Source of the DNA: a virus
Taxonomy: Duplodnaviria; Caudoviricetes
Direction: 5' to 3' (one strand)
IMG/VR virus record: IMGVR_UViG_3300027734_000248
Span: 1 to 28,585 of that record
Length of the DNA stretch: 28,585 nt
In this document: positions 17,122-26,380 of the stretch, one piece after another
How the letters are laid out: every line of letters begins with the position of its first letter
Position numbering within the stretch: position 1 is the first letter of the stretch
Notes under the pieces: model-generated
Databases searched by the model: none
Seen by the model: the letters and a program-made list of their open reading frames with translations, nothing else
Told to the model about the DNA's origin: nothing
Made by a program: the position numbers and the translations under genes

Positions 17122-17310
17122 GTGCCAAACTACGAAGTGAAGATACAAGTTAACTATTCGGGAATTATTGTTGCGAATAGTGAAGCAGAAGCAGAAGAAA
17201 AGGCGTGGTCAGCGTATTATGGCGAAGATGCCGTTTTGGAATACGAAAGCGTTGAGAGCATAGAAGTAGAAGAAGAAGAAGAAGTAGAAGAAGAAGAAGA
17301 AGAAGAATAG
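17122..17310 (+). CDS. Highly acidic DpnD/PcfM-like small protein with a poly-Glu tail
   Basis: AAAGGGATAAA-GTG; VANSEAEAEEKAW; EEEEEVEEEEEE. Confidence 0.75.
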   Translation: MPNYEVKIQVNYSGIIVANSEAEAEEKAWSAYYGEDAVLEYESVESIEVEEEEEVEEEEEEE

Positions 17311-17320
17311 GCGACACGAC

Positions 17321-17358
17321 TTAAAATAATTCCCGTAGAAATACGGGAATTATTTTTA
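17321..17358 (+). terminator. Intrinsic terminator of the CCCGTAGAAATACGGG family
   Basis: AAAATAATTCCCGT-AGAAAT-ACGGGAATTATTTT. Confidence 0.85.
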
Positions 17359-17488
17359 AGCTTTTAATTCGTATTCATTTTTTCACACCATACACGACAC
17401 GACTAGGCTTAGTTTGAGTTTTAGTGTGAAGTGTGATACCATTGAGATACAACAAGCGAGAAAACTAAGTATCGCTGAAAAGGGAAAA

Positions 17489-17878
17489 ATGACAAAAGAG
17501 ATTATGAAATGGACACTCACTAGTAGTTGCGTGTGTGTCAATGAAAACGACGAACCAAGCGAAGAGTGTTACGACTGCTATCCAGACGAACTTGCTATCT
17601 TCACTAGTGAGATGTTAGTGCCTTACCTTGCCGTTAAGGGCTGGGAAATGGACACGCCTATCAAGGTTACCAACTCACGACTAGGCTGGCGTGGATTGAG
17701 TGGATACGCTTACACGACACCTGAAAAGTTGATAGACACGCTAGTTTTTGATGGCGACTGGACTTTACGCTTTGAGTTTGATGGACACGAACTAACTGCC
17801 GTCAGGTCATCTCACGACGAACCAATGGGGACAGGTAAGTTTGAGTTTGAGTTGAGCGACGAATACCAAGATGACTGA
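17489..17878 (+). CDS. Hypothetical protein with Cys pairs
   Basis: AAAGGGAAAA-ATG 17489; CVC..CYDC; SHDEPMG. Confidence 0.8.
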   Translation: MTKEIMKWTLTSSCVCVNENDEPSEECYDCYPDELAIFTSEMLVPYLAVKGWEMDTPIKVTNSRLGWRGLSGYAYTTPEKLIDTLVFDGDWTLRFEFDGHELTAVRSSHDEPMGTGKFEFELSDEYQDD

Positions 17879-17975
17879 ACCAATCACGCTAACAGGTGAG
17901 CAACTAGATACCCTAGTTGCTCGCTTGCTTAGTCAAGGTGAAGTCTATGACACCGAACCCGTAGAAGTCTGGTAA
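17871..17975 (+). CDS. 34-aa coupled small ORF (not in the ORF track)
   Basis: ATGACTGA overlap; MTEPITLTGEQLDTLVARLLSQGEVYDTEPVEVW; its stop lies in a small GTAA-loop terminator. Confidence 0.45.
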   Translation: MTEPITLTGEQLDTLVARLLSQGEVYDTEPVEVW

Positions 17976-18091
17976 CAGATTTTTTACGGCAGTCAGGGTG
18001 TATTCATTTTTTCACACCAAACACGCTGGGAATAAATGAGTTTGACTTAAGGTTCTATTAATGAGATACTTAACTTATGGAAAGGGAAACT

Positions 18092-18619
18092 ATGAACAAC
18101 TACGAGAAGTCATACAGCAACGAGCCGTTTTTAAATGGTCAGTTGGACATACCTATTTGGAGTGAAGTCCTGCCTAACCTTTGGCTAGGTGGCACGGCAG
18201 ACAACGACAGAGTTGGTGATAAGCATTGCGAGTTTGATAGACGGGACATCTCTATCAAGATACGACACTTTGATAGTGTCTATACCTTTTATGCTCACGC
18301 CAATCCTGCCGATTGGCTAGTTAAAGAGTTCAGGTTCGGTTACTTTGATAGTGGCGAAACTGATTTTGACTTGGAAGCTTTTAAGCGTATTGCTCTAATG
18401 GCTCACGCTGATTGGAAACGGGGCGAGAGAGTTCTCTTGCGTTGCCAAGCAGGTCTAAACAGGTCTAGCCTAATCTTTACCCTAGTGCTAATGATTGACG
18501 GCTATACGGCACAAGACGCCATTGACTTAATGCGAGCCAAGCGACACGACAAGGTTCTATTCAATCCACACTTCGTAGAGTGGTTGCTGGCACAAGACTT
18601 AGAGTTCTGGCGAGCATAA
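18092..18619 (+). CDS. Dual-specificity/tyrosine protein phosphatase (CX5R)
   Basis: SEVLPNLWLGG; VLLRCQAGLNRS P-loop; AIDLMRAKR...LFNPHF; GAAAGGG RBS (alternative start 18077). Confidence 0.9.
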   Translation: MNNYEKSYSNEPFLNGQLDIPIWSEVLPNLWLGGTADNDRVGDKHCEFDRRDISIKIRHFDSVYTFYAHANPADWLVKEFRFGYFDSGETDFDLEAFKRIALMAHADWKRGERVLLRCQAGLNRSSLIFTLVLMIDGYTAQDAIDLMRAKRHDKVLFNPHFVEWLLAQDLEFWRA

Positions 18620-18792
18620 ACTCACGCTGAATAATCCCCCTGAAACTAGGGGGGTTATTTTTAATCTCACGATTTAGTATTCATTTTTTCACAGGGAATA
18701 CGGCTTGGCGTGTTAGATTTTGTAATGTCGCTGGTTGCTGGTAAGATACAAGTATCAAGCAAATCGCTTGGTATCTAAAAAGGAAAAGGGTT

Positions 18793-19011
18793 ATGAAAAA
18801 ACTTATTGTTCGCTTAGGTCTTGCTGTATCAGTAATGGGTTCAGCAGTTCTGGCTAGTGAGATTGCTCATAGATTAATGGTTGAGTATTCATACTCATAC
18901 GCTAACAACACGCTAGTTGCCTATGGTCGCTGGGAAACTGCTACTTGGGTATTGGCAGGTCTGGGAGTTGCTCTAACTATCTGGGCATTGGTAACTACAC
19001 GAAAAGACTAA
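18793..19011 (+). CDS. Small two-transmembrane-segment protein
   Basis: Hydrophobic segments LIVRLGLAVSVMGSAVLA and TWVLAGLGVALTIWALV. Confidence 0.78.
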   Translation: MKKLIVRLGLAVSVMGSAVLASEIAHRLMVEYSYSYANNTLVAYGRWETATWVLAGLGVALTIWALVTTRKD

Positions 19012-19210
19012 ACACGATTGAAATAATCCCCCTAGCAATAGGGGGGTTATTTTTTTAAGCTTTGTAGCGTATTCATTTTTTCACAGATTTTTGGCTTGGC
19101 GTGGCGTGATTTGACTTTACAGGGGAGATAGTGGTAAGATACTAGTATCTAGTTCAGGTGATTAGATAGCACCACCAAACAGCACCATCAAAGTCCAAAG
19201 GGGACAAAAA

Positions 19211-19555
19211 ATCAAAACTACAATCAGCACCACCACTAGCACCAGCACCATAACTGAAACACTTATCAAAGTGTCTAAGCCGATGGTTGATACCCTAGAC
19301 CATTTGTCTAAGGTTAGAAGCCAGATTGCCGACCTTGAGAAGTTGGCAGACACCCTTAAGGCACAGGTTCTAGCCGAAGTTGGCACGACACCTGCGACCC
19401 TTATCCACCGAAACATTAAGGTTGCCAAGATTAGTGAAGTAATCACTCCACGACCAGACCTTAAGGTTCTCAAGTCTGCCTATCCTGAAGTTTGGGAAGC
19501 AGTGAAATACGATAGTCCAGCAATCAGGATTAACGTAATCCACACCACAATCTAA
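19211..19555 (+). CDS. Hypothetical coiled-coil protein, probable ATC start (ORF track: GTG 19271); apparent paralog of the 12797 gene
   Basis: AAAGGGGACAAAAA-ATC in frame; Thr-rich N-terminus; LKSAYPEV motif. Confidence 0.7.
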   Translation: MKTTISTTTSTSTITETLIKVSKPMVDTLDHLSKVRSQIADLEKLADTLKAQVLAEVGTTPATLIHRNIKVAKISEVITPRPDLKVLKSAYPEVWEAVKYDSPAIRINVIHTTI

Positions 19556-19726
19556 ATCAGGTTGCCGAAGTCCCCCCTGCGAAATCAGGGGGGAACTTTG
19601 GATTAAGGGGGGAAAGGGTTGTATTCATTTTTTCACAGAAACACACCGAACTTTACCCTAATTTGTATTCCAGATAGTATTTTGGTATTATTGGAGTAGT
19701 TGGAAAGTCCAACAGAAAAGGGAAGT

Positions 19727-20119
19727 ATGAAAGTAAAAATTGATTGGGGCGTTGTAGAAGACAGCCTAGACACCGCTAAGGGTATTGCGTTTGATACCTG
19801 CCACAAAATCTATGTTCTTATGGACACCGAGCAAGTTGCTCTAATGCGTAAATACGAATACGAAGAGATTAGGACAACAGAAGACCAGACACCAGCAGAG
19901 ATGTTGGAAACGCTGAAAGATTGGTTCTCTAAGTCTTGCTCGCTTAAGTTTATTCAGGGCGTAGAAACTAATCACGAAGACCCGAACGCAGGATTTACAG
20001 ACCTTATTCCACAATTCGCAACAGACGAAGACGAGTGCGAAGAGTGTTACGAGTTTGGTTGTAATGGCGAGTGTGAAGACGAAGACGAAGACGAAGACGA
20101 AGACGAAGACGAAGATTAA
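19727..20119 (+). CDS. Acidic protein with a CxxC..C..C cluster and (ED)n tail
   Basis: AAAGGGAAGT-ATG; IAFDTCHKIY; GAAGAC repeats at ~20075-20116. Confidence 0.82.
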   Translation: MKVKIDWGVVEDSLDTAKGIAFDTCHKIYVLMDTEQVALMRKYEYEEIRTTEDQTPAEMLETLKDWFSKSCSLKFIQGVETNHEDPNAGFTDLIPQFATDEDECEECYEFGCNGECEDEDEDEDEDEDED

Positions 20120-20289
20120 AAGCTTCGCCACAAAAGTCCCCGTAGAGATACGGGGATTTTTTGTAACAGATTCGGTTGGATTTGTATTCATTTTTTCACA
20201 GACAACACACGGGAATTGCGAGATGTTGCGTAATGTCTGCTCTATGGTGTAAAGTGGAAGTAGTTAGAAAGTCTAACTGAAAGGGAAGT

Positions 20290-20859
20290 ATGGAAACTCA
20301 AACTGAAACACCAAGTTCTATCTTTGAGATAGACAGCAACACAAGGGCAGTTGCGTATCACACAGGGCAGTATAGTTCTACTGATGAATACGCTAGTGAG
20401 TTAGGCGTTAACCTAGACACAATTCAATCTGCTAGAGGTATGGCACACTTTGGCACAGACACCGAACTCTCTAATGGTATCCAATCCATAGTTGGCGACA
20501 GCGTCTATCAAGGCGACTTTGCTAACACCAAGAAACAAATTGGCAAATACCTAGACAGCAAGGGCGTTCCACACCTATTCTATGAACTCAAGGGCTATTC
20601 ACAGGGCGAGTGGAATGAAGTTGTTGTCTATGGCAAGGGTCTTAGCAAGGGCGACTTAGAGAGCCTTATCAAGAGCATAGACACTTACTACAAGGGCGAA
20701 GTCTATTTAGTCCACATTGAGCAAGCAAAAGTCTATACGGCAGATGACGGCTCAACGCTTACAGAGTGGATACAAGATGAAGATTACGCTTACACCGAAG
20801 TTGTCCAAGAGTTCTTTGAGTTGGACAAGGATTATGTCCTGAATAACTTTGGATTGTAA
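20290..20859 (+). CDS. Hypothetical protein (GYSQGEW motif)
   Basis: GAAAGGG RBS; 189 aa. Confidence 0.82.
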   Translation: METQTETPSSIFEIDSNTRAVAYHTGQYSSTDEYASELGVNLDTIQSARGMAHFGTDTELSNGIQSIVGDSVYQGDFANTKKQIGKYLDSKGVPHLFYELKGYSQGEWNEVVVYGKGLSKGDLESLIKSIDTYYKGEVYLVHIEQAKVYTADDGSTLTEWIQDEDYAYTEVVQEFFELDKDYVLNNFGL

Positions 20860-21043
20860 TCTCCCGAACTCTCCCCTTGCCGAAGTTGATAGGGGGAAAG
20901 TTTTTACCGAAGTTTTGTGTATTCATTTTTTCACCCCGAAACACCGAAGCTCCCCCTTAATTTGACTTTGTCGGTGGCAAGGTGTAGGATTACTATGTAA
21001 TCAAGAAAGGCAAGTCGCCTAGATTACAGAAAGGGGTTTCCAA

Positions 21044-21313
21044 TTGGAAACTACAGAGAAGAAAAAAGTCTGGGAACTAGTCCTAACTGGCGAGTTCGCA
21101 GAAGGTTACACTTACACGGGCTCAGCAGAGAACGATTACACGATTGCTATTTCTATGACTGGATTTACTTTTCTAGGGCTAATCAAACTAGAACGCCTAG
21201 TAGAAGAAGAGATTGCTAGAACTGCCGAGAACACCACAATTGCTCTACACCAAGAACACATTAACGAACTTACCAAAGTTCTAGAAGCAATCCAAAGGGC
21301 TAGAAAGTCCTAA
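21044..21313 (+). CDS. Hypothetical protein (TTG start)
   Basis: GAAAGGGG RBS; terminator 21325-21352. Confidence 0.75.
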   Translation: METTEKKKVWELVLTGEFAEGYTYTGSAENDYTIAISMTGFTFLGLIKLERLVEEEIARTAENTTIALHQEHINELTKVLEAIQRARKS

Positions 21314-21467
21314 TCTCACCGAGAGTTCCCGCCCGAAAGGGCGGGGATTTCTTGGCAAGTTAGAGAGTATTCATTTTTTCACACCCTAACACCGCTGTCG
21401 TGTATGTTTTGCGAAATGTCGGGGGGTTGATGTATAATTAAGACATAACAAGAAAGGGGTGTCCAAA

Positions 21468-21737
21468 GTGGATACTAAGAAAGTGGAAACACTTGCTAAT
21501 CACCTGATTACCAAGTTAAACCTAGAACAAAGAACAACACGGGAACAACTGCTATTTGTTGATAATCAAGTTGGTCGCCACATTGAGCAAGCGTTTAAAG
21601 AAACTCAAAAAGAGTATGAAACATCTACGCCAGTTGGCGAGATTGTAGTTACCAAACTTAAGCAAGAAGCCGAATTTAAGTTGGCAGTTTATTTGCGAGT
21701 GTGGTCAGAGATTACCGCCAAACTGCTAACGCTGTAA
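21468..21737 (+). CDS. Hypothetical helical protein (GTG start)
   Basis: TTGCGA 21409/TATAAT 21433 promoter; GAAAGGGG RBS. Confidence 0.75.
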   Translation: MDTKKVETLANHLITKLNLEQRTTREQLLFVDNQVGRHIEQAFKETQKEYETSTPVGEIVVTKLKQEAEFKLAVYLRVWSEITAKLLTL

Positions 21738-21919
21738 GCGGTTTCACGAAGTCCCCCTTAATGAAAAGTTAGGGGGGATTTTTGTTAGAAGATTTTGTGT
21801 ATTCATTTTTTCACATAGAAACACGGGAAGCTGTGCCGATTTGACTATTTCTGGAAGTATGTGGTAAACTACTATTAGTAGTTGGAAACGCCAATTACAA
21901 ATTTCCGAAAGGGGAAATT

Positions 21920-22192
21920 ATGTCCTACTTCATCTTTCGCCAGAACAATTCTGGTGGATACTTCACTGGTCCATCTCTTTACTTTGTAGCAACTGCTGAT
22001 GATGCTGATACAGCAAACAACATTGCTGTTGCTAATGGTCTTTACTTTGATGGCAATGGCGACTGCGACTGCTGTGGTTATAGATGGACACCAGTTACTT
22101 CTGCTGAAGCAACTGACACTTTGCCGACTATTACTGAACACGACAAGAAGTTCTCTCTTGCTGATGATGTAACTGCCATCATAATTGTTTAG
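21920..22192 (+). CDS. Conserved phage-type protein (QNNSGG...DC.CCG.RW family)
   Basis: FRQNNSGGYF and GLYFDG..DCDCCGYRW motifs; GAAAGGGG RBS. Confidence 0.82.
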   Translation: MSYFIFRQNNSGGYFTGPSLYFVATADDADTANNIAVANGLYFDGNGDCDCCGYRWTPVTSAEATDTLPTITEHDKKFSLADDVTAIIIV

Positions 22193-22374
22193 GGTTAGGT
22201 CAAGATTATTCCCCGTAGAAATGCGGGGAGTTTTCTTTATCAAGTTTTAGCGTATTCATTTTTTCACAGCTAACACGGGAACTAGTAGGCGATTTGGAAA
22301 TGTCCTGCCCCTGTGCTAAACTCCAAGTAGAGAACTTCTAAAGGGGAAGTTCCAAACTGAAAGGGGTTCGGCTA

Positions 22375-22734
22375 ATGTCCGAACAAAAAAACCTAGTAAC
22401 ACTCTATCTCGCCAAACATACTGACGAGAGTTGGCATACATACTGCCGAGAGTGTGCCACCAAGTTTGGTGAAGAGCACCAGTTAGCGTGGAACACTTAT
22501 CCATTTATGCCAGACACTATGGAAACTCCTGCTGGAGTTACACGCCCTGAAGATGAAGAGTATGAGCCTTTGGTCTATGCTCCTGATTGCTACGAGAGTG
22601 ATACTCCTGCCAGTTGCGAAGATTGTAACTTGTATCTTGAGTGCGACCTGACCAAAGACGGCGTGGAGTATCTGCTGGACGAGTTTAACGAGTTCCCGAA
22701 AGATGTTATCGCCCTGTATCTCGGGGACGACTAA
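22375..22734 (+). CDS. Acidic CxxC...CxxC protein
   Basis: YCRECA, SCEDC, LTKDGVEY; GAAAGGGG RBS. Confidence 0.8.
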   Translation: MSEQKNLVTLYLAKHTDESWHTYCRECATKFGEEHQLAWNTYPFMPDTMETPAGVTRPEDEEYEPLVYAPDCYESDTPASCEDCNLYLECDLTKDGVEYLLDEFNEFPKDVIALYLGDD

Positions 22735-22793
22735 CCCCTAGTTGCCGCAAACATTAGCCCCCCGTTGATACGGGGGGTTATTTGTTTAAGCCC

Positions 22794-22877
22794 CTGTAAG
22801 CCCCGTAGAGAGAGTTTTATTAGGGGGATTATGGTTCATCTTGTTTTAGACCCCTAAGCCTTCTACGAGCCTTACAG
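22794..22877. repeat. Long interrupted inverted repeat (three-segment hairpin)
   Basis: CTGTAAG/CTTACAG, CGTAGA/TCTACG and TTAGGGG/CCCCTAA nested pairs. Confidence 0.65.
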
Positions 22878-23062
22878 CCTCGATTTAGAGTATTACCCTT
22901 GCCTTGCCTCTGCCAGATACGAGATTGACCAGCACGACTGCTGTATTCATTTTTTCACCTCGGAACACGGGTTCGTGTTGGTATTTGACTTTTGTCACTA
23001 GGGGGTGCTAAAATCATAGTAGTTGGAAATGCCAACAAGAAACAACAAGAAAAAGGGTAAGT

Positions 23063-23227
23063 ATGAAACAGGAAAATTTAATCCAGCTAGCAAAAGAACT
23101 AGTTGTGCTACACCAGAAAGGCATAGTCAATCTATACACTTGGGCTAATGGCAAAGAACTAGTTGAGTGGTTTTTGATTGGCGACTTGGACAAAGTGATG
23201 TTGGAAACAGTTGTCCTAGATGTCTAG
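23063..23227 (+). CDS. 54-aa hypothetical protein (not in the ORF track)
   Basis: AAAGGGTAAGT-ATG; MKQENLIQLAKELVVLHQKG...VVLDV; promoter TTGACT 22985; terminator ~23246-23285. Confidence 0.72.
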   Translation: MKQENLIQLAKELVVLHQKGIVNLYTWANGKELVEWFLIGDLDKVMLETVVLDV

Positions 23228-23406
23228 TTTGTAAATCAAACTTAGAACTAATCCCCCGTTGAGAAATTGACGGGGGTTAGTTTTTGGTGATACGAGTTGT
23301 ATTCATTTTTTCACAATGAGACACGGGTTAAATGAAATGTTGGCGTTTGTCGGAACTTTGTGCTAAACTACTAGTAGTTGGAAAATCCAACTGGAAAAGG
23401 GACAAA

Positions 23407-23589
23407 ATGAAAACACGAACTATGAGCGAAAAAACTTGGGACGCTTTGGAAGATGGCGAGAGACGCCCTACTGACGTAGCCGTAAGGGTAAGGTTTCCTA
23501 ATGGTGCTGTGCTGTTCGCCTACTCACCTGACGGCTATGGAGCGTTTTATTACGACACCCTTGCTGAACTTGAGACTAATCACGGCTAA
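23407..23589 (+). CDS. Small hypothetical protein
   Basis: AAAGGGACAAA-ATG 23407. Confidence 0.72.
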   Translation: MKTRTMSEKTWDALEDGERRPTDVAVRVRFPNGAVLFAYSPDGYGAFYYDTLAELETNHG

Positions 23590-23794
23590 TACTTAAGTAA
23601 AAGTTAACCTGGTGGCTACGGCTTCCAGGTTAATTTTTTGCCCGAAAGTTTTAACCAGGGCGAAGTCGTATTCATTTTTTCACAGTTCCCCCTTGCCGAC
23701 ACGCCGTAACTTGACTTTGTCGGTGATAACTGCTAAACTACTCTTGTAGTTAAAACCAGACAAAAGTTTGGGGCTACGGGAAGTAAAGGGAAGT

Positions 23795-24028
23795 ATGAAC
23801 GGATTACAGGCAAGGGTTCTAGTCATTGGGCTAGAAATGGAAATTAAGTCAAACGGCAGAATGTCTATGACTAGAGAGCCAGCAATGAAGTCTCTAGGTC
23901 GCCTACTCCAGATTGACGCTTACGCTACATTTGGCAGGGGCGTCAAAGGTCGCCAAAAGGCTCTAGACTGGCTAAAGGAAATGATTGCCAAGGAAGAAGC
24001 TGGCGAAATGGAATACGAGCAAGAGTAA
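23795..24028 (+). CDS. Small hypothetical protein
   Basis: AAAGGGAAGT-ATG 23795; GLEMEIKS.G.M.MTR motif. Confidence 0.75.
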   Translation: MNGLQARVLVIGLEMEIKSNGRMSMTREPAMKSLGRLLQIDAYATFGRGVKGRQKALDWLKEMIAKEEAGEMEYEQE

Positions 24029-24071
24029 AAGTCTAGGGAAGTTCCTGTCCTGAAATACGGGCAGGAACTTT

Positions 24072-24107
<36 letters not shown>

Positions 24108-24219
24108 ATTCATTTTTTCACAGCTGACACGCCTAGTTTGTGGCGATTTGTGTTTCGGGGAAGTTTTTGGTAAGATTGTCTTGTTGGTGAAAAAGAAGTA
24201 ATCAACTGAAAGGGCAGAG

Positions 24220-24420
24220 ATGTCGGTTAAGTATCCAGAGATTAAGGTGAAGTTAGTCGGGACTGATGGCAACGCTTATGCGATTATGGGCAATGTCCAA
24301 AAAGCGTTAAAGCGTGCGGGAGTTTCGGCGGAAGAGATTTCACTCTATCTCAAAGAGAGTATGTCGGGCGATTACGATAACCTAATTGCTACGGCGTGTA
24401 AATGGGTCAGCGTATCCTAA
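24220..24420 (+). CDS. Conserved small phage-type protein (LVG.DGNA.AIMG...SGDYD.L family)
   Basis: Characteristic motif; GAAAGGG RBS. Confidence 0.82.
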   Translation: MSVKYPEIKVKLVGTDGNAYAIMGNVQKALKRAGVSAEEISLYLKESMSGDYDNLIATACKWVSVS

Positions 24421-24675
24421 CTCGCTAAAAGTTCCACCGCACCAAGCGGTTAAGTTGGGTAAAGTTTGTATGTTTGATAAAAGGAGAAAACATACGGGTA
24501 GTAGATGGCATTAGAGATAAGCCCCCGTTCAGACGGGGGTTTATTTTTTGTTGAGTTATTTGTATTCATTTTTTCACACTACAACACGGGTCGTAATGGC
24601 GATTTGGATTTGTCGGGGTGGAGTGGTATGATTGACTTGTAGTCAAAGGGGCTACCAAATAGTAAAGGGAAATAA

Positions 24676-24957
24676 ATGGCAAAGGTAAGAGGCGAAATAA
24701 ACTGCGATGGTTGCTCAGGATACTTTGATGGCGACCTTGCGGACTTGCTTGCTAAGACAAATACTCACGGGCTAACTGACCCTGTTAAGGTTAGGGAACT
24801 AACTTACTTCTGGTTGTGTGCGGAGTGTGCGGTTCACTATCCTAACGGGGCTAAGGACTTCTTCGTGAAGGACTACTTTGAGATTGAAGAACCATACTGC
24901 GTGGACTGCGAGATTGAACCTGTATTGACTTGGGGAAACTCCTGCGGTTGCGAGTAG
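24676..24957 (+). CDS. Cys-rich multi-Zn-ribbon protein
   Basis: CDGC, CAEC, CVDC, CGC. Confidence 0.78.
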   Translation: MAKVRGEINCDGCSGYFDGDLADLLAKTNTHGLTDPVKVRELTYFWLCAECAVHYPNGAKDFFVKDYFEIEEPYCVDCEIEPVLTWGNSCGCE

Positions 24958-24959
24958 AT

Positions 24960-25133
24960 AGAACTGAATAGAACTCTGGCTAAGCACCTAGGCAATACTT
25001 AGTCGGCGGAGTGGCGTATCGTGAAGTGCTACATCTCACCGCAAGTGAGTAGGAGCAACGCAAGTCGAGGTGAGTTCCGCAAGGAGCCTCGGCGAAGTTA
25101 GGTAAGTAGGATAGTCTGCTTACCTAACTTTTT
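24960..25133 (+). ncRNA. Candidate structured 3' RNA ending in a strong terminator
   Basis: Stems 24976-24984/24998-25006, 25035-25039/25045-25049, 25064-25070/25087-25093 (inner GCAA tetraloop); terminator 25095-25133. Confidence 0.45.
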
Positions 25134-25341
25134 AAGCTGGCAAGGTTGTATTCATTTTTTCACACTATACGGCTGGCTGGCGTGGTTGATTTGCGTTTGT
25201 CTGGGGTGTGTAGTAAGATGGTCTTATCAGGTAAAACGCTTGATACTGCTTAGGTCTAGCACTAGGTAAGCAGGGGAAATGGAGAGTGCTTTCCACCCCC
25301 CCCCCCCCGCCAAGCAGTTCCACAAATAGCAAAGGGACACA

Positions 25342-25467
25342 ATGGAACTAAGCGACAAAGAAGCAAAGGCAATAAAGGCGATTTATAGCGATTACCACGC
25401 AGGAGCAACTGACGCAGAGGAAGCACTACACGCCTTAGAGCAACTAATCAATGGGGATAACGATTAA
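25342..25467 (+). CDS. 41-aa hypothetical protein (not in the ORF track)
   Basis: AAAGGGACACA-ATG; MELSDKEAKAIKAIYSDYHAG...GDND; own promoter TTGCGT 25191/TAAGAT 25214. Confidence 0.65.
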   Translation: MELSDKEAKAIKAIYSDYHAGATDAEEALHALEQLINGDND

Positions 25468-25723
25468 TAACTAAATAGGTTTGGCAGGGTATCCCCCCCT
25501 TTCCCCTGCCAATACGAAGCACCTCACTTGTGATTATACCGAGTGGGGTGTTTCACTTTAACTTAGGGGCTGAGTATTCGGTGAAAAAATGAATACATAC
25601 TGGCGTAGCTTAACACGGGTCGCTAGGGAGTTTAGTTTCCGGTGTGTTTGGATTTGACTTTGTATTAGTTAGGGGCTATACTGGTCATAGACCAGCCAAG
25701 GTGGCTGGCTGAAAGGGTATCAA

Positions 25724-26158
25724 ATGTCAGTTCTCGCAAGCGATAAGCAGGTCGCATTTATCAACTCTCTACTAAGCGAGAGAGTATTCTCTGGCGAAGT
25801 AGATTTCGCTAACCTTACAAGCAAGGGGGCAAGTGATTTAATTGGTCAGTTGCTCAACGCACCTAAGCAGGTATCAACTCTCTCTGTCGGTATGTATCGC
25901 ACCGCTGATGGCGAGATTTACAGGGTTCAGGCTAGTCGTGAAACTGGTCGCCTATACGCCAAGCACCTAGACCTTATCAACGGGTTTGAGTATGAAGCAG
26001 GGGCAATCTTTAAAATCACCGCTAGCGACAGAATGACTTTGGAACAGGCGAAGTTGTTTGGCGTGGAAACTGGGTTCTGTTGTGTATGCGGTATCTTGCT
26101 AACAGACCCTAAGTCTGTTCAGGCAGGTATCGGTCCTGTGTGTGCCAAGCGTGTCTAA
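25724..26158 (+). CDS. DUF6011-like Zn-finger protein
   Basis: ASDKQVAFI N-terminus; CCVCGILLTDPKSVQAGIGPVCA C-terminus. Confidence 0.85.
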   Translation: MSVLASDKQVAFINSLLSERVFSGEVDFANLTSKGASDLIGQLLNAPKQVSTLSVGMYRTADGEIYRVQASRETGRLYAKHLDLINGFEYEAGAIFKITASDRMTLEQAKLFGVETGFCCVCGILLTDPKSVQAGIGPVCAKRV

Positions 26159-26380
26159 CGCTTAGTTAGTAAAGTCCCCCTTGATAAAAGTCAGGGGGGA
26201 TTTTGCTAATCAAAAGTTACGGGAAAGATAATCGGGAACAGGCGAAGCTGGAAAGCGTATTCATTTTTTCACCTGCCGACACGGCAAAGTGTGGCGATTT
26301 GACTTATGTCGTAGTTGCGTGATAGGATTACTATTGTAATCAAACAGGCAAGGTGCCTGATTACAGAAAGGGTGGTTGAG

